Of a stretch of DNA of 64,000 bases, positions 14,750 through 28,606 are shown piece after piece (within the stretch, counting starts at the first letter, position 1; each line of letters starts with the position of its first letter). The notes beneath the pieces are model-generated. The model was not told the DNA's origin, did not search any database, and saw only the letters and a list, made by a program, of their open reading frames with translations. A program made the translations under genes and the position numbers. The stretch comes from the human T2T-CHM13v2.0 reference genome, Homo sapiens. The stretch lies in the NCBI RefSeq assembly GCF_009914755.1, contig NC_060925.1; one strand, 5' to 3'.

Positions 14750-15875
14750 TGGTCTTTGTGTCTTTTCATTCTGCCTTGAAACTCCATCTCCGGCCACCGC
14801 CTCTCACAACCTCTGTTCCAGTCTCTCTGGCAGCCCCTCCTTTCCCTTTCTGCCCCAAGACTTCTTGTGAAGACTGAGGTCTTCTTTATGGAATTCCGGA
14901 TCCAGGTCGAAGGGCAGTCCTGGAAGCCTCCTGGTACCCCCATTCATCCTCCTGTCTTGGGACCTGCCATCTGCATAGCCCCAGTAGGGCCATTAAGTCA
15001 CCATGAGTCAAACCAAGTTATAAATAAGTAAAGGGGTGAGGGTCCCCAAGGGCACTCAACCCCAGCTGGCTGCCCTATCTCTGGCCAGATCTGGGGTCCT
15101 GACCACCCCGGGACAGACTCAGCCTGACAGATCTTGACATGTCGTCACTGTCCCTGGAGAGTGATGGGGAAATCACCAGGCCTCCCCAGCCCCCATTAGT
15201 GTCAGTAATTGCCAATCAATTTCCTGGGAGCCTGGTGAGGAAGAGGCCCCTGGGTACCTCCAGTGAGGAAGCCACATCTAATGGCTTTTATTTGGATTAC
15301 TACAAATTGATGATTTTTTTTTTTTTTTAATGGAGCTTTGGTTTTCCTCTCCGTGTCTTAACCACCCCCTCAGGGCCAGTTAGACCAAAAGATGAGTGAT
15401 GGCATGACTTTCTTCTCTGGAAGAGCCGAGACCAGCCTGGTCATACCCACACCACTCATGTATCCTCCATGCTGAAGACAGGCACTTCCTGAAGCCATAG
15501 CTACAGCTCCCATTTCTCCAGCAGTAACCCCACCCCAGACCCTCCCCAAGGTTATCAGGTTGAAACTGCAAAACAACCCTGTTGAGATATATCTCACCAT
15601 CCCCAGGAAAAGGGGAGGCAGGCTCAGAAAGGTGGTGAGACCTAGCTAAGATCACACGGTTAATAAATGGTAAAGTTGAGATTTGAACCCAGGTCTTTCT
15701 GGCATTGAAGCCTCGGTGTTCCCATTCTTACATGTGTCATCCCACGTATAACAGAGAGTGAAGATGGTTCCCCTGAAAGCCAGAGAGCAACAGGAGTGAC
15801 AGCTTTCATGGGGCTCCTAGGGCAGAGATTAGCTGATGAGAATAATAATAATGATAGCTGTAACAATAGCAGCTA

Positions 15876-16186
<311 letters not shown>

Positions 16187-16434
16187 TTAGCAACTATTAT
16201 TTACTGAGCCCTTAATTATGAAACACAGACTATGCCAATGGGTTTACATAAATGTTTTATTTTCTCCTTGGAACTACACCAAGAAGTATTTGTTATTATA
16301 ACCATTTCACAGATAGAGAAACCAAGACTTAGAGGTTAAGTGACTTGCATAAGATCGCTCAGATTATTGGTGCTAGTAGAACTAGGACTCAAACTAAGTA
16401 TGTTTGAATCCACGGCATGCACTTTTAACCATTT

Positions 16435-16890
16435 GCATCAGTTTGGATTATGAGTAACAGAAAATAAAAATAATGGTGGCTTAAACAAGATTGGAGTTTA
16501 TTCTTCCCTCAAGTAAATGAAATCCAGAAGTAGGCAGCTGGTACAGCTCCATAATCGTGAAGGACTCAGGTTCCTGTCTTGGTCCCAAGATCTAAGCTGG
16601 CTGCCAACCCTCCAACCATCGCATCCACATTCCAGCCAGGAGGAAAGAGGAAGCGGTAAAGATAGACACGCATGCTTCTTTTAAGGACAATTCCCAGAAA
16701 TTGCAGCTACCATTTCTGCTAACATCTCATCAGCCAGAACCAAATCTCATGACTATACTACCCAGATGCAAGACAGTCAGGAAGCATAAGCTTGATTCTG
16801 GAATGCCATGTGCCCAGCTAAAAAGTAGAGCCTATTGTTAAGGAATAAGGAGAGGTCAGATATTGGGACAATCATCAGTGACTTCCATCA
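16435..16890. mobile_element. MaLR solo LTR (MLT1J/K-like)
   Basis: gtaacagaaaa...ggcttaaacaagatt...ccatcgcatccacattccagccaggagg...ttctgctaacatctcat...gatattggg resembles old MLT1 LTRs. Confidence 0.65.
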
Positions 16891-17599
16891 GCATTATTCT
16901 AATGCTGATGTTTAGATGGAAATTTACAGTGCAGTCTAGTAAGTCATCAAATCCAGCTTTCTGGTATCCCAGAAAAGGAACCTGAAGCCCAAAGAGAGGA
17001 AGGCACTCACCCAGAATTGAACAAAAAATGGGGGCAGAATCATGTTCGGAAGCCTGTCTCAGTAATCACAAAACCTGAGTTATTGGCACAAGAAATGCCC
17101 TCTGTCCCTCCTACATTCTGGGACATTTCTTCTGGTTCTTGGATTGTTCCTCTCACTTTCCCATTTTCCTCTCTCCCTTGTCTGGGCCTTAGGGTAGTTG
17201 CCCTTTGGGGCTTCTGTTAACCTTTGGATTGAGTAACAGAGGATCTGATTCTGTTCCCAACATGGATACAAAAGATGTCTGACCTTGGCCTTTAGCATTC
17301 TGGTCTGAGGATCTTAAAGGTCTTTCCTGCTCGGACAGTCAGTTTACGAGATACTCTGAAGCTAGGGGTGGCTTTTGCTTAGTGAATGTGGTTACTGGTA
17401 CCAATAGATCCATATATTCCTCAGCATATGAGGCTCCGGTGGTGGTACTTGTGGAAGGGGCAATGGATAAGGGAGAAAAAAAACTAAGGTCCTTGGATGA
17501 TTCTGGGAGGAAAGAATAATCTTTATTAGACATCTACTATGTACCAATTACAGTGCTACAATAAATGTAAGTAAGTATCTCCTTATTGCTAGACAATGG

Positions 17600-17935
<336 letters not shown>

Positions 17936-18769
17936 TTTCACAGTTGAGGCTCAGAATGATAAAGTAACTCACCTGAAGTCATCTAGCCCCTAACTGGCAG
18001 AGGTGTGATTTGAAGCCAGGTCTTTCTGTCTCTTAAATTCCTTCTTCCTTGGGAATGTCTGGTTGCCTCCAGTGAAGTTGGCCAGCATTGTGACCTTGCC
18101 CTGATGGGATACGGGTCTGGAGCCACCATCACAGAGCAGGCTGGAGCAGGCAAAAGTGAAAGGAAGGCCCTGTTGGCCAAAGGGACCAGTCCTGGGTCAG
18201 GACATGCACTGGCATCTGGGCCAGAGCCTGGACCAACTCTCAGAGAGCCAGCCATGTGCTGCTATGGCCTGCCGTCCAGTTTCAGGCCCAGTGCCCACAG
18301 GGGTCTCCACTCCCTGCCTTCCAATCCCTAGTCTCAGGCAGAGGCTGAGATGATAGAGGACCCGTCCCACAGAGCCACATGGCTAAGGTTCATGCCTGGA
18401 ATGTAGTTCCCTCTGCGTGGCAGAGAACAGCAGGCCTGAGGCCTCCAGGAGACAGTTTGGCTGTGGTTCGGCTGAGCCCTAAGCTAGGAGCCACTGAGAC
18501 CTACATATACCCTATCCATTCCCAGAGCAAGGGCAACAGTGGGGCCAGAGGCAGGTCCTCATTGTTTCTTAGGAAGAGCCAGACAGGAGACCTGGGTCCA
18601 AGTTAGCTCTGCCACATCCCCTGCACACATCAGGCTCCAGTCATCCCAGATGGACCCACCACGGCTCCCAAAAAGCACCCTCAACTGCCTCGCTCCTCTA
18701 AGTTTTGCACACGAAACACAACGTGCAAATGGCGGTTAGCTGGCCTATGTAGCTAACCTGGCCCATCCT

Positions 18770-19420
18770 TCATAACTCAACTTGGGTATCACCTCCTCCA
18801 GGAAGCCTTCGCTGACTCCTCTTCACGTCTGTATTATAATGTATAGAACACTGGGTTTGGCTTTCTCTTTACTTGTGTGTCTCTTCAGCCAGTGCCCTGT
18901 ATCTTGAACTAATGTGTGGATGGCCTTTAAGGAGGTTTGTGAACCTCCTTTGTGAAATTGTTCACAAAATGCTTCCTGTGTGTATATATGTGCATTTGAG
19001 TGGGCAGCAGTAATAACTTTCATCAGATTGTTTTGAGAATTACCACTCTAGACTGTGATGCTCATACAGTTAGGAACTGTGTCTGTCACTGTCTCCTCAA
19101 GTGATATATAATAATAGAAGTAGGTGATATAATAAATATTAATTAAATGAACATTGGATGAATAATTTGCGGGGTGACCTTAGGCAAGTAACTTCACCTC
19201 TTTCAATCTTGATTTTCTCATCTATAAAATGGGAACAAAAGTGAGGATTCCACTATCTAAGCTTTTCCTCATCTCTGTTTTCCTTCTCTACCCCAGCACC
19301 TAGCATAGTGCCTGGCACATAGTAGGTGTTCATAGATATGTATGAGAGGAATGGAAAGATGAGCGATTGGTAGGCAGGTGGAAGAATCAGTGTTTAGATG
19401 AATGAATGACAGTGAGCGAG
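18770..19420 (+). mobile_element. L2 fragments with an embedded MIR (about 19170-19240)
   Basis: cacctcctccaggaagccttc, ctagactgtgatgctc and agcacctagcatagtgcctggcacatagtaggtgttca...atgaatgaatga are L2 3' motifs. Confidence 0.7.
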
Positions 19421-19714
19421 TGAGTGGCTGCTATCCACTATGTGGAGAGAAGACCCAGTGGATGTGTTGGTAGGTTCACTGGCTGGACAGGTAAAACAGT
19501 GCCTAGGAAGATAGGTTGATGGATGGGTGGAGAGAGTGAGTGGACATATTCATGCTAAATAAATGGCTAGATGAATGGCTCAGCAAAGGGAAACTTAAGT
19601 ATTTGGGAGGGGCTGGATAGGTAGGTAGGTTTTTTATAAAATCATCAGTGGATGGGAGAAAATGATGAATACATGGATCATAGATGGATTTGTGAATGCA
19701 TGTGTAGATATATG

Positions 19715-19835
19715 ATTGGATAGATGGATGGAAGGAAGGAAGGTCTAACTGATGGATGGGGGAAGGAAGGGAGGGAGGGAAGAAGGAAGGAAGGAAAGAA
19801 AGAAAGAAGGAAAGAAAGAAGAAAAGAAGAAGAAA
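19715..19835. repeat. Purine-rich (GGAT/GGAA/GAAA)n low-complexity tract
   Basis: Read directly. Confidence 0.85.
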
Positions 19836-20149
19836 GGCCTCCGTCCAACTCAGGCCAGTGAGTAGGAAGGCAGAGACAGAGAGTTTCCTGTGAACAAGGC
19901 TGGCTTACAGAGCAGGTAAGCCACCTTCCAGAGCTGTTGTGTATTGGGCCCCAGCTGCGCTCTTCCTTTCCATGGGTCCAGGGTCTCTCTGGCGGTGCCA
20001 ATATTCAGAAACTGGTATAGGATGGAGACAAAGGGAGTAGGCAGATACCAGGGCCAGAAGGAGGGAGGGAAGACGGGTGGAGGCTGGGCCTGCCATTGGG
20101 CAGCCGCCCCTGTTTACTCAGCTCCAGAATGAAGCCCCGGAGAAGGGCT

Positions 20150-20302
20150 GTTCATATTTCTACCTTGAACAGGGAGCTGACATTAATGAACAGCTAATTA
20201 ACATCTTGGAGTGCGATGGTTCCAGTGTCAGTGTCCCTAATTAGTCTCGCGCTAATCTGCTTTAATTAACTGTCCCTGTCGTGGTTTTAATTTAATTTTC
20301 AG
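20150..20302. promoter_or_regulatory. Candidate homeodomain-rich intronic enhancer
   Basis: Repeat-free AT-rich island with ATTAAT, three TAATTA palindromes, TAATCT and TGACA/TGTCA; motif evidence only. Confidence 0.5.
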
Positions 20303-22120
20303 CTCCAGCCTGGGATGGCAGCCCCGTGAGCATTCCGTCCCAGGGCACCTGTGGCCAGGGCAGGGTGGGTTGGCCAGTGCCAGGTTCCCAGGGGCATTGC
20401 CAGACAGCCCAGCGATGGGCAGAGCTGGTAACAGAGCCTGGCTCCTCTGCAGCCCTGGGGGAAGGGGACTTGGGGATGGGACACTTTCCTCATCTTCTCA
20501 AGGAAGTATTCTCAAGTCATCAGGAGCTCCTAGAACATTCATAGGTCAGGAGCATAGTCTGTGACTGCACCTTGATCTCAAGAAGACCCCGTAAACTGAC
20601 CATACTTTCTGGACATAAGCTCCGATTCAGGTAAACCTGGATTCCTGTGTGACCTTAGGAAAAGCACTTGACCTCTCTGAGCCATTCTAGGTTATCAGCC
20701 CCATTCGTTAGTTATACAGTTGGATAGATGGTCAGAAGGAAGGAAGATCTAATCCATGGATGGGGCTAATGAGATGGGGCTGATAACCTAGATGCTGGCA
20801 TCCCGCTTTCACCAAAGATGCAGTTTTTCAGGGGTGATCTGCATACACACCTAACTCCTCGGATGATCCAGTTGGAACACTCACTATGACAGCCACCCTT
20901 GGGTCAAGAGTGGAGAGGGCTGGGAAGGAGCCTAGATCAGGGGGTGAGCAGAGCACTGGTCCAGGACTCAGGATACCCAGGTCTCAGGCCTAGCTTTGCT
21001 GCTACCTTCAAGTCTCTCACCCTCTCTGGGCTTACACCTCACTCCCATCCATAAGTTGGAAGGGGCAGGAAGAGGGAGAACAAGATGCTCTCTGAACCCC
21101 CTCATGCGTTGGCCAGAGTTAGAGAATAGATGTACAGCTGGCTCAGAAAACCTGACATCTGGAGCAGGAGAACTAAGTGGGAGCCAGGGGCTAGGGCCAC
21201 CCTGGGGGCCAGGTGTGGCCTCTGCCTTTTGCAAGGCAAAGCAGGAACTAGCTGAGGAGGCAGTGGCTGCCTTGGTCACCAGGACCCTGCTGCAGGTGGG
21301 AAACCAAATCAACATGTCTGCCCCTGGCAGGAGCCAGAGAAGCATCTGCCAAGAGAGTTAGACAAATGAGGATCGTCTGGGGGGATGCTGGCTGGTGTCT
21401 GAGGTGGGGAGGGGAGAGTCCAGGATCTGAGTCAGATCCCTTGTCCCAGAGTGGCTGGGAGCTAAGAGTGCAGGGTGGGTTGAAGGCTGAGGCCTGAGGA
21501 GTGAGGAGGCCCCTGCTGAGGCTGGATGCCAGCTCAGGGATTTAAGCTGTAACCCTGAGGGCACTGGGGAGCCACGGCCAGATTCTGAGCAGGAGAGTAG
21601 CTAGATCAGCTGATTGGCCACTGGCAGTGCGGGAGTGAATTGGAGTGAGGAAGCAGGAGGCAGGGAGGCTGCCTTCCTGCAGGCAGTGAGTCTACTAAGC
21701 GCGTTCAGTGTGACCTCCAGAAGCATAGATAGTGCACTCTTTAGAAAAAGGTGGGCGCACCTGCCTCTCCCCACGGCCTTGGGCTTAAGGAGTATGTTTG
21801 GCATTTCCTTGTAGTACCAGTTCCCAGAATATAGCTCACACTTTCTGCAACTGGGGTCTGCAAACCCCAGAATGGGGAGAGGGTCCCAAATATATTCTCA
21901 GGGGCCCAGGAATTCTAGGAGAATTTAAACTTTTGATGTTTAGATTTGGATGCTGATTCTAACAGACAATTTGATTTTGACCAGTTCTAAAGCAACACTT
22001 CTCTCCCAGTGATCTCTCAAGGGGGAAGGCATCCTTGCTCCTGGCATCGGAGGACTGGAGAGGTAGTCTCCAAGGGCCACAAAAGACCATTTCCGTTTCT
22101 AAAGAGTCTGTTCTTGTCCA

Positions 22121-22463
22121 GCCCTGAGAAATGCTGTCACGCCTGCCTCCCCCAGGACAGTGAGCTCTTCCAGCCGTGCTGGAGCTGGTCTGGCTCACTG
22201 TGTCTCCGCAGCCTGACACAGGTCCGGACCCAGGGAGGGTTTATGAATTGAGGCAGGTTCTTTCTGGATGTCCCACAACTCCCTCCTCGTCTGGCCCTGA
22301 GAAATGCTGTCACGCCTGCCTCCCCCAGGACAGCAAGCTCTTCCAGCAATGCTGGAGCCAGTCTGGCTCACTGTGTCCCCGTGGCCTGACACAGGTCCAA
22401 ACCTAGAGAGGGTTTATAAATTGAGCCAGGTTCTTTCTGGATGTCCCACAGTCCCCTCCCCCT
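22121..22463 (+). repeat. Tandem duplication, 173-bp unit x2 (about 89% identical)
   Basis: Units start gccctgagaaatgctgtcacgcc at 22121 and 22294; about 18 substitutions by eye. Confidence 0.95.
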
Positions 22464-22989
22464 GCCTTTGACCTCCAGTTGATCTTTGCTTTCAGTCCAG
22501 TCTGAGCTAAACCAGTTTTTCCTGAAATTCTTAGTAAATGAGTATGGAATCCAGAGCTCCTGCCCCGCTTCCTCCCTACCAGAGCACAAGATTTCTATGA
22601 AAGGAGAAGAACCCCTCACCTTTCTCGATTCCCCTCCCTTGCTCATGGAAACTCCTCACATTTCTTCAGATCCAGCTCAGACCAGGCCACCTGCAGAGAG
22701 CCCTCCCTGGCTTCCCCAGATGAATGTGTCAGTCTGTCCTCGGAGCCCCTGGAACATGTGCCGCCCCCAGGCCCAGGTCCTCTCTTTTGTCTTGCATTGA
22801 ATATATTCATGGCAGGAACTGGATTGCTCCCATCTGTGTGTGCTCTGCTCCCAACCTGGCTCACAGCAGGGGCCCGCAGGAGCAGGTGGAAGAGAGGTGC
22901 CCCTCGTCCCCAGTGTATTCTCCGCAAGGGTCCAGTGGCCGCCAGCCTGGCCTTTAGCATGGTAGTGTTATACATAGTAGTGGCTTTGC

Positions 22990-23180
22990 TGTCCGTCAAG
23001 CCTGCATGCAACCTGACTGCTAACCAGCCAGTGACTTTGGGATGCATCTCCTGAAATCTCAATTTTCTCATCTAGAAAATGGGTAATGATGGCACTTACC
23101 TCGTGAGGTCACTGTGAAGACTTAATTTAGGAGACTCATGTAAAGCGCCTGGGTCATAGTAAGTCCTCAATCAAACCATG
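22990..23180 (+). mobile_element. MIR SINE
   Basis: gtgactttggg...ctcaattttctcatctagaaaatgggtaatgatggcacttacctcgtgagg...catgtaaagcgcct. Confidence 0.75.
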
Positions 23181-24164
23181 CCAGTGATGATGGTGGTGAA
23201 GTGCTAGAGCCCAGAGTGCTTTACACAGAGTCAGAAGAGTTAAAAGAAGCCTAATTCTGAGTGCTACCTGCTAACCCTCCTGTTCCCTGTCTCACTCACG
23301 CCTGGAAATGGCTCCGCCAGGACTCAGGCGACTGCAGAGATAACAAGCCAAAAGGTGACAGACCCTTGGCCTTGCTCCAGGGGCCTTCACCATCCACATG
23401 CATTTAGAGACCTGCACGTGAGGGACATGCACAGTGATACAGAGACAGAGCCAGGGCTATAAACGTGAGCACTCACAGTCATGCGTGTGTCCACACAGCC
23501 ACACACTCAGAATAAGGAGAAAGAGGCCACTTTTGATGCCCAAGCAAAGACAAACATTTCAAAGCAGAGGTGGCCATGGGGGATCTCTGTTCTGCTTCCC
23601 CAGCCCTGGGCCACTGATGGGCTATAGCCACCCCCACTCAGTTCTCTCTGGGTTGAGCCAGCTGCCCAGGCTCATGGCTGTTTTAGATCTTGTGTCAGTG
23701 ACTAGAGCAGGGACACCACCAGGGGCTGAGCTCCTCAGGGACTGCAGTGTGGGGTTCATGAGTGGGTGCATATGCCTCTCCATGGACCCTGGCAGAAGTA
23801 GCAGCAGGGCCTACACTGGTCCATGACTCACCCAACACTGTGGCTTGGGAAGCAGTCGAGGCATCCGGGCCCCTCCAGCTCCCCGGCCCAGCCGTGCCCA
23901 CCCCACCTAGCAGCTCCTGGAGCCTCTTCTACATCTGCACGGATGAGCATTGAGTTGACCCAATCCTTGTTCTGGCAGGAAGAGGCCAGAGGGTCCAGAC
24001 TGTAAAAGAAAGCTGGAGACCTTTCGGAGAGAACTGTGAACACTGATAGAACGGTCAAGCAGCCAGGGGCTAGCAGTAGGGGAAGGTGACGAGGTCAGAC
24101 AACCCAAGATGACAGGCTCACGTGACATCACAGTCACCGCCTGTCACGGCCACAGAAATGCACA

Positions 24165-24580
24165 GTGTTAAAATCACAGTCAAGCAAGAATTTTAGAATG
24201 TTACAGGCCTAGAAAGGTTGTAATCATAGAATTATGGAATGTTGCAATCATTTAATCATTGAAGCACTAAGACGACTAGGCACAGAGAGGCCAAGAGGCA
24301 GGAGCTTTAGAATGTTGTAGGCATAAAAGGGTTAAAATCATAGAATTACAGAATTGTACCACCATAGACTATTAAAATTGTAGCCTCACAAGCAGGAATT
24401 TTAGAACGGTGCAGTCACAGAACTGTAGACTGTTACAGTAAACACACACGCATAGAATATTCACTTGTAGACTTACAGGCAGGAATTATAGAATGCTATA
24501 GTAATAGAATGTCATAGTCAAGAACTGTGGAATATTCAATATTCAGGTGCCGTAGTGTCACATCAAGAATTAGAGATTGT
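24165..24580. repeat. Degenerate minisatellite built from CAYAGAAT-like words
   Basis: Recurrent (c/g)a(a/g)gca(a/g)ga(a/g)(t/c)t(t/a)tagaa(t/c)g at 24181, 24295, 24389 and 24476, plus many atcatagaat/cacagaac words. Confidence 0.7.
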
Positions 24581-26065
24581 GAGTGCTGCAAGAACATTTT
24601 ACGTGTCTTGTGCCAGATCCTGTGCAAAGCACGTGACACTGACTGACTCGTTACTCCTCAGAGCGCTGGTGAAGTGGGCGGATCCACTATGGGGCTGGGA
24701 GGTAGGAGCCACATGCAGCCCCCAGGCCCTGGAGCCTTGGCAGGGAAGGTGGGAGCAGTTGCCTGGGCCTGCAGTTGGCCCCTCCCCACCCCTAGCACAC
24801 ACCCAGCCGGGAGAGGCTCCCGGTCAGCGTCTCTCCTTTTGTTAATGTGTGTCTTAGGGGCCCACCAGATCAGCTTCCAGCTTATGGGCAGGATGCCTGC
24901 AGCCTGATGGGGTCGGCTCTACAGGCCCCACCCAGATTCCAAGCCAGGGTGTAAGACCATGGGTGCGTGGTCCCCAGAGGCCTCCCTACAACTGGCCTTG
25001 ACCCTCACCTGCCTGTCTAGTGCACAAATAGCCACATTGATTTTCATCAAACACCCTTCCCCCATCCATCATTCATCCATTCTGTCAGTTGTCATTTTCA
25101 GATCACCTTCTGAGGTCACTGGGGAGGTGGATGTGAATCAAGACAGCCCCCTGCTCTAAGGAATGGAATGGTAGGGCCATTTGGGGACACAGAGGAAGTG
25201 CTGTGGGGGTTGGGGATGGTGGGGATGGCCAGGGCATCACGGAGGGCTTCCTGGAGGTGAGGCTGGGTCTCAGACTAGGCAGAATTTGGCTCCATAGGGA
25301 TGACGGATGGCAGGGGCATTCCAGGCAGAGGAAGTGACAGGACAAAAGGCCCAGGAGACAGCCGCATGTGATGTGTTCAGGAATCATTAGGAGCTTTTGT
25401 TTGGGCAGCAATGAAGGCTCCAAGTGATGGCAATGGGGCAGGAGAGGTAAGTCGAGGCACCGAGCAGAGGCTTTTGAGTGCCAGGCTAAGGAGGTCAGGA
25501 TTTGTAAACAATAAATGGCTGTGCGAGTTCATGATCATGCTCAAGTTTGACTGGTGGGAAGGGGGGACTAGGGCTGACAATTTGCTTTTCCTTCCTTTAG
25601 AAACAAGAAACTGCAAATTCCTTCCCAGGACTGGTGGGCCAACCCTGGGCTGGGCTCCAAAAATACAGAGAAAGGGCTTTGGCGGGAATTCCAGGGCTGC
25701 ACTGAGGGGTGCTGGCTGCCCAGCCTTTGTCCCCAGAGGCTGGCATCAGACGCCATGCTCTGAGGAGAGGGGCGGTTCGCAGACACTGAAGGGGACCCAC
25801 GTGATTCCTTCAAGTTCTTTGCAGTCTCTGTAGAAGCCTGCTCAGAGGAGGAGGCCATGCGCACCAGGGAAAGGGCCAGACAGGCCTGTGCTTGAATCCC
25901 TGACTGGCCTCATATTGCTGAGTACACTGGGCAAGTGATATTATCTCCCCAGGCCTTGGTTTCTCAATCTGTAATGTAGGAACTAACAGCAGAACCTCCC
26001 TCACAGGGCCACCAGGAGGCAAGGGATACCTGGCCCTTAATGTGTTCAAAATTCATATTCATTTC

Positions 26066-26352
<287 letters not shown>

Positions 26353-28606
26353 TCATATTCATTTCTTTATGCCAACGGTCTTAGATCAACAAGAAGCATT
26401 TAGTCCAATCACCCCATTTTACAGGTAGGAAAACAGAGGCTCCAAGAACGACAGCAGACATTTCAAATGTAGAATGGCCAAGTGTGTGGGTGTCAGGAAG
26501 AGGAAGCTAGATGAAGGAAGAGGGGTAATGCTCCACGTTGACTACCAGAGTCTGAAAGTCTGAACCTGGGATGCCAGGCAGGCAGTAAACCCAGGGGCTC
26601 CCCAGATCAACCCAGCAGTACTGACTGCATCTTTGCAGGTCCACACTGGCAGCCTGTACACTTTGAAGAACAGCAGGTCCACTGGGGATGAAGGGCGGCT
26701 GCAGGGATGGTGATGGGCATTGAGTGAGGTGATTTATATAGGGCAACTTACAGAGTGTCTTGCACATAGAAGGTGTTCAGGTCCTGGGAGGTAAGTGAGC
26801 ACCAGATACAAACCCAGAACTGGGATGGGGAGTGGCTGCCCCTTGCTACCTCCCCCCTTAGCAGAAAGTGAAAGCATTTTGCACAAAAACTCAGCTGTAG
26901 GCATTGTGTAATAGCATTGATCTATCCAAAAATATTGAGTGCCTACTGTGTGCCAGGCAGCCTGTGAAGCCTTTTGCGTGAATCCTCTCATTTCAACCCA
27001 GGAACCCTTACAAGTCAGTCTACTATTATTTCCATTTTATGGATGAAGAAACTGAGGCTCAAGGAGCCTGAGTGGTTTGCCTAAGGTCAAGCAGAGCAGG
27101 GCAGGAATCCAGGGCTTTCCAAATTCGGAGCCTTAACACCATGCCACACTGTGCTGGCAGAGATAGCAAGAGTTGTTGGAGATGATTATAAGGGGAGGGC
27201 CAAAATGATCGTGGGAATCCAATCCCCGTGGCAGTAGGTGGGAGATGCTGACCTGGGCTTCCTCAGAAAGGTGTGAAATGTTGACACCCTCCCCTTGGGC
27301 TCTTCAAGGGCTCAAGAGGGGCTGTGTTAGGCTGGGCTGGAAACAGAGGGCTGACCATCATGGGTTCCAGAGGGAGCTATCCACCCCCCTACCTAGCCAG
27401 AGGCAGCCAGGATTCCATTAACCTGATTCTCTGCCCCACATAAACCTGCAAAGGGAGCCCCTGGAGGGAGGGGTACTGGGGAGAGGAAGAATTGGGCTTC
27501 CCCGGGCCCCAAATGGAGCAGCCAGTGGTGCTAGTTTCCTCTCTTGCAGTCCAGGAGGACCTTCGAGGCCCCTGGCTGTTTGAGCGGGGAATAGGGAGAG
27601 CGATGGAGAGCCAGAAAGTAGGGACAAGAGACTCCAGGCTGGGGTGCAACAGCAGGAATAGCAGGAACAGGGTGCACGTCATCAGAACAATGGGCCCTGA
27701 GTCACCCTGTGCCTGCCCAGCCCTGCATGGCCCTGGGTGAGTCATGTCACTTCTCTGAGCTGTGGGTTCTTCCTCAATAGTAAGGGCAAACCAATGCCAC
27801 CTCTCAGTGTTGCTGGGCTGATTCACAATACCGGGCCTCAAGAAATGGTGGCTGTTGCCAATGCTATAATTTTACAATCTTGACCCCATGTATCCCTTCT
27901 CAGCTTGCAAGCCACATTCATCCTTTTTCTCCTTGGAGCCTCACAATACTTCTGCAAGGTGTCCAGGATTCTTACCAGAGAGGTTAAGGGACTTGTTCAG
28001 AATCACACAGCTTCTAACCCTTGGCCTGGGATGCACCCCTAGTGATTGTCATGGAGTGGGCCATCCCAGCCAGGCTACGCCACTCTTCTTCAGTCTGGGT
28101 GGTTGCTATTCCTCTGCCATGATTCACGTCAGATGCCTCTTCCTCCAGGAATCCCTCCCTGACCACACAAGAGCCTGGTTAGTACAACTCTCTGCTTTCC
28201 CACAACCTTTGAGACATTTATCAGAGTGTTTATCAGCAGTCATCACAACCGTTAGGTGCTCCCACCTAAGACTTTGAGGGTTCAGCCAATACTTTATAAT
28301 AGAAGAAGAGGGGGTACAATAAATATTTTGTTAATGACTACAGCACCTGTACAAAGGGACAGATAGGTGTCCACAGACTCACATGTATAAGTAACAGAGT
28401 CATGCATGCACAGCCATGCACATGTGGCTTAGTGAATACACATGTATACAGACAGGGAGAATGTTCTGGAACATGAATTGTGCTCATGTGGATGCCCCAT
28501 CCCCCCACCCCCATATAAACACATAAAAATACTAGAGATGATATTGATACAACCTGGTAAGAGAGAAAGGAAAATCCTTGGGTGACTTGGTTTTTCATTT
28601 AAGGGA

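Noticed and set aside
22121-24580. Repeat-spacer patterns as a CRISPR-like array
   Set aside because: Human intron; the units are long or degenerate duplications without constant repeats, unique spacers or cas genes.
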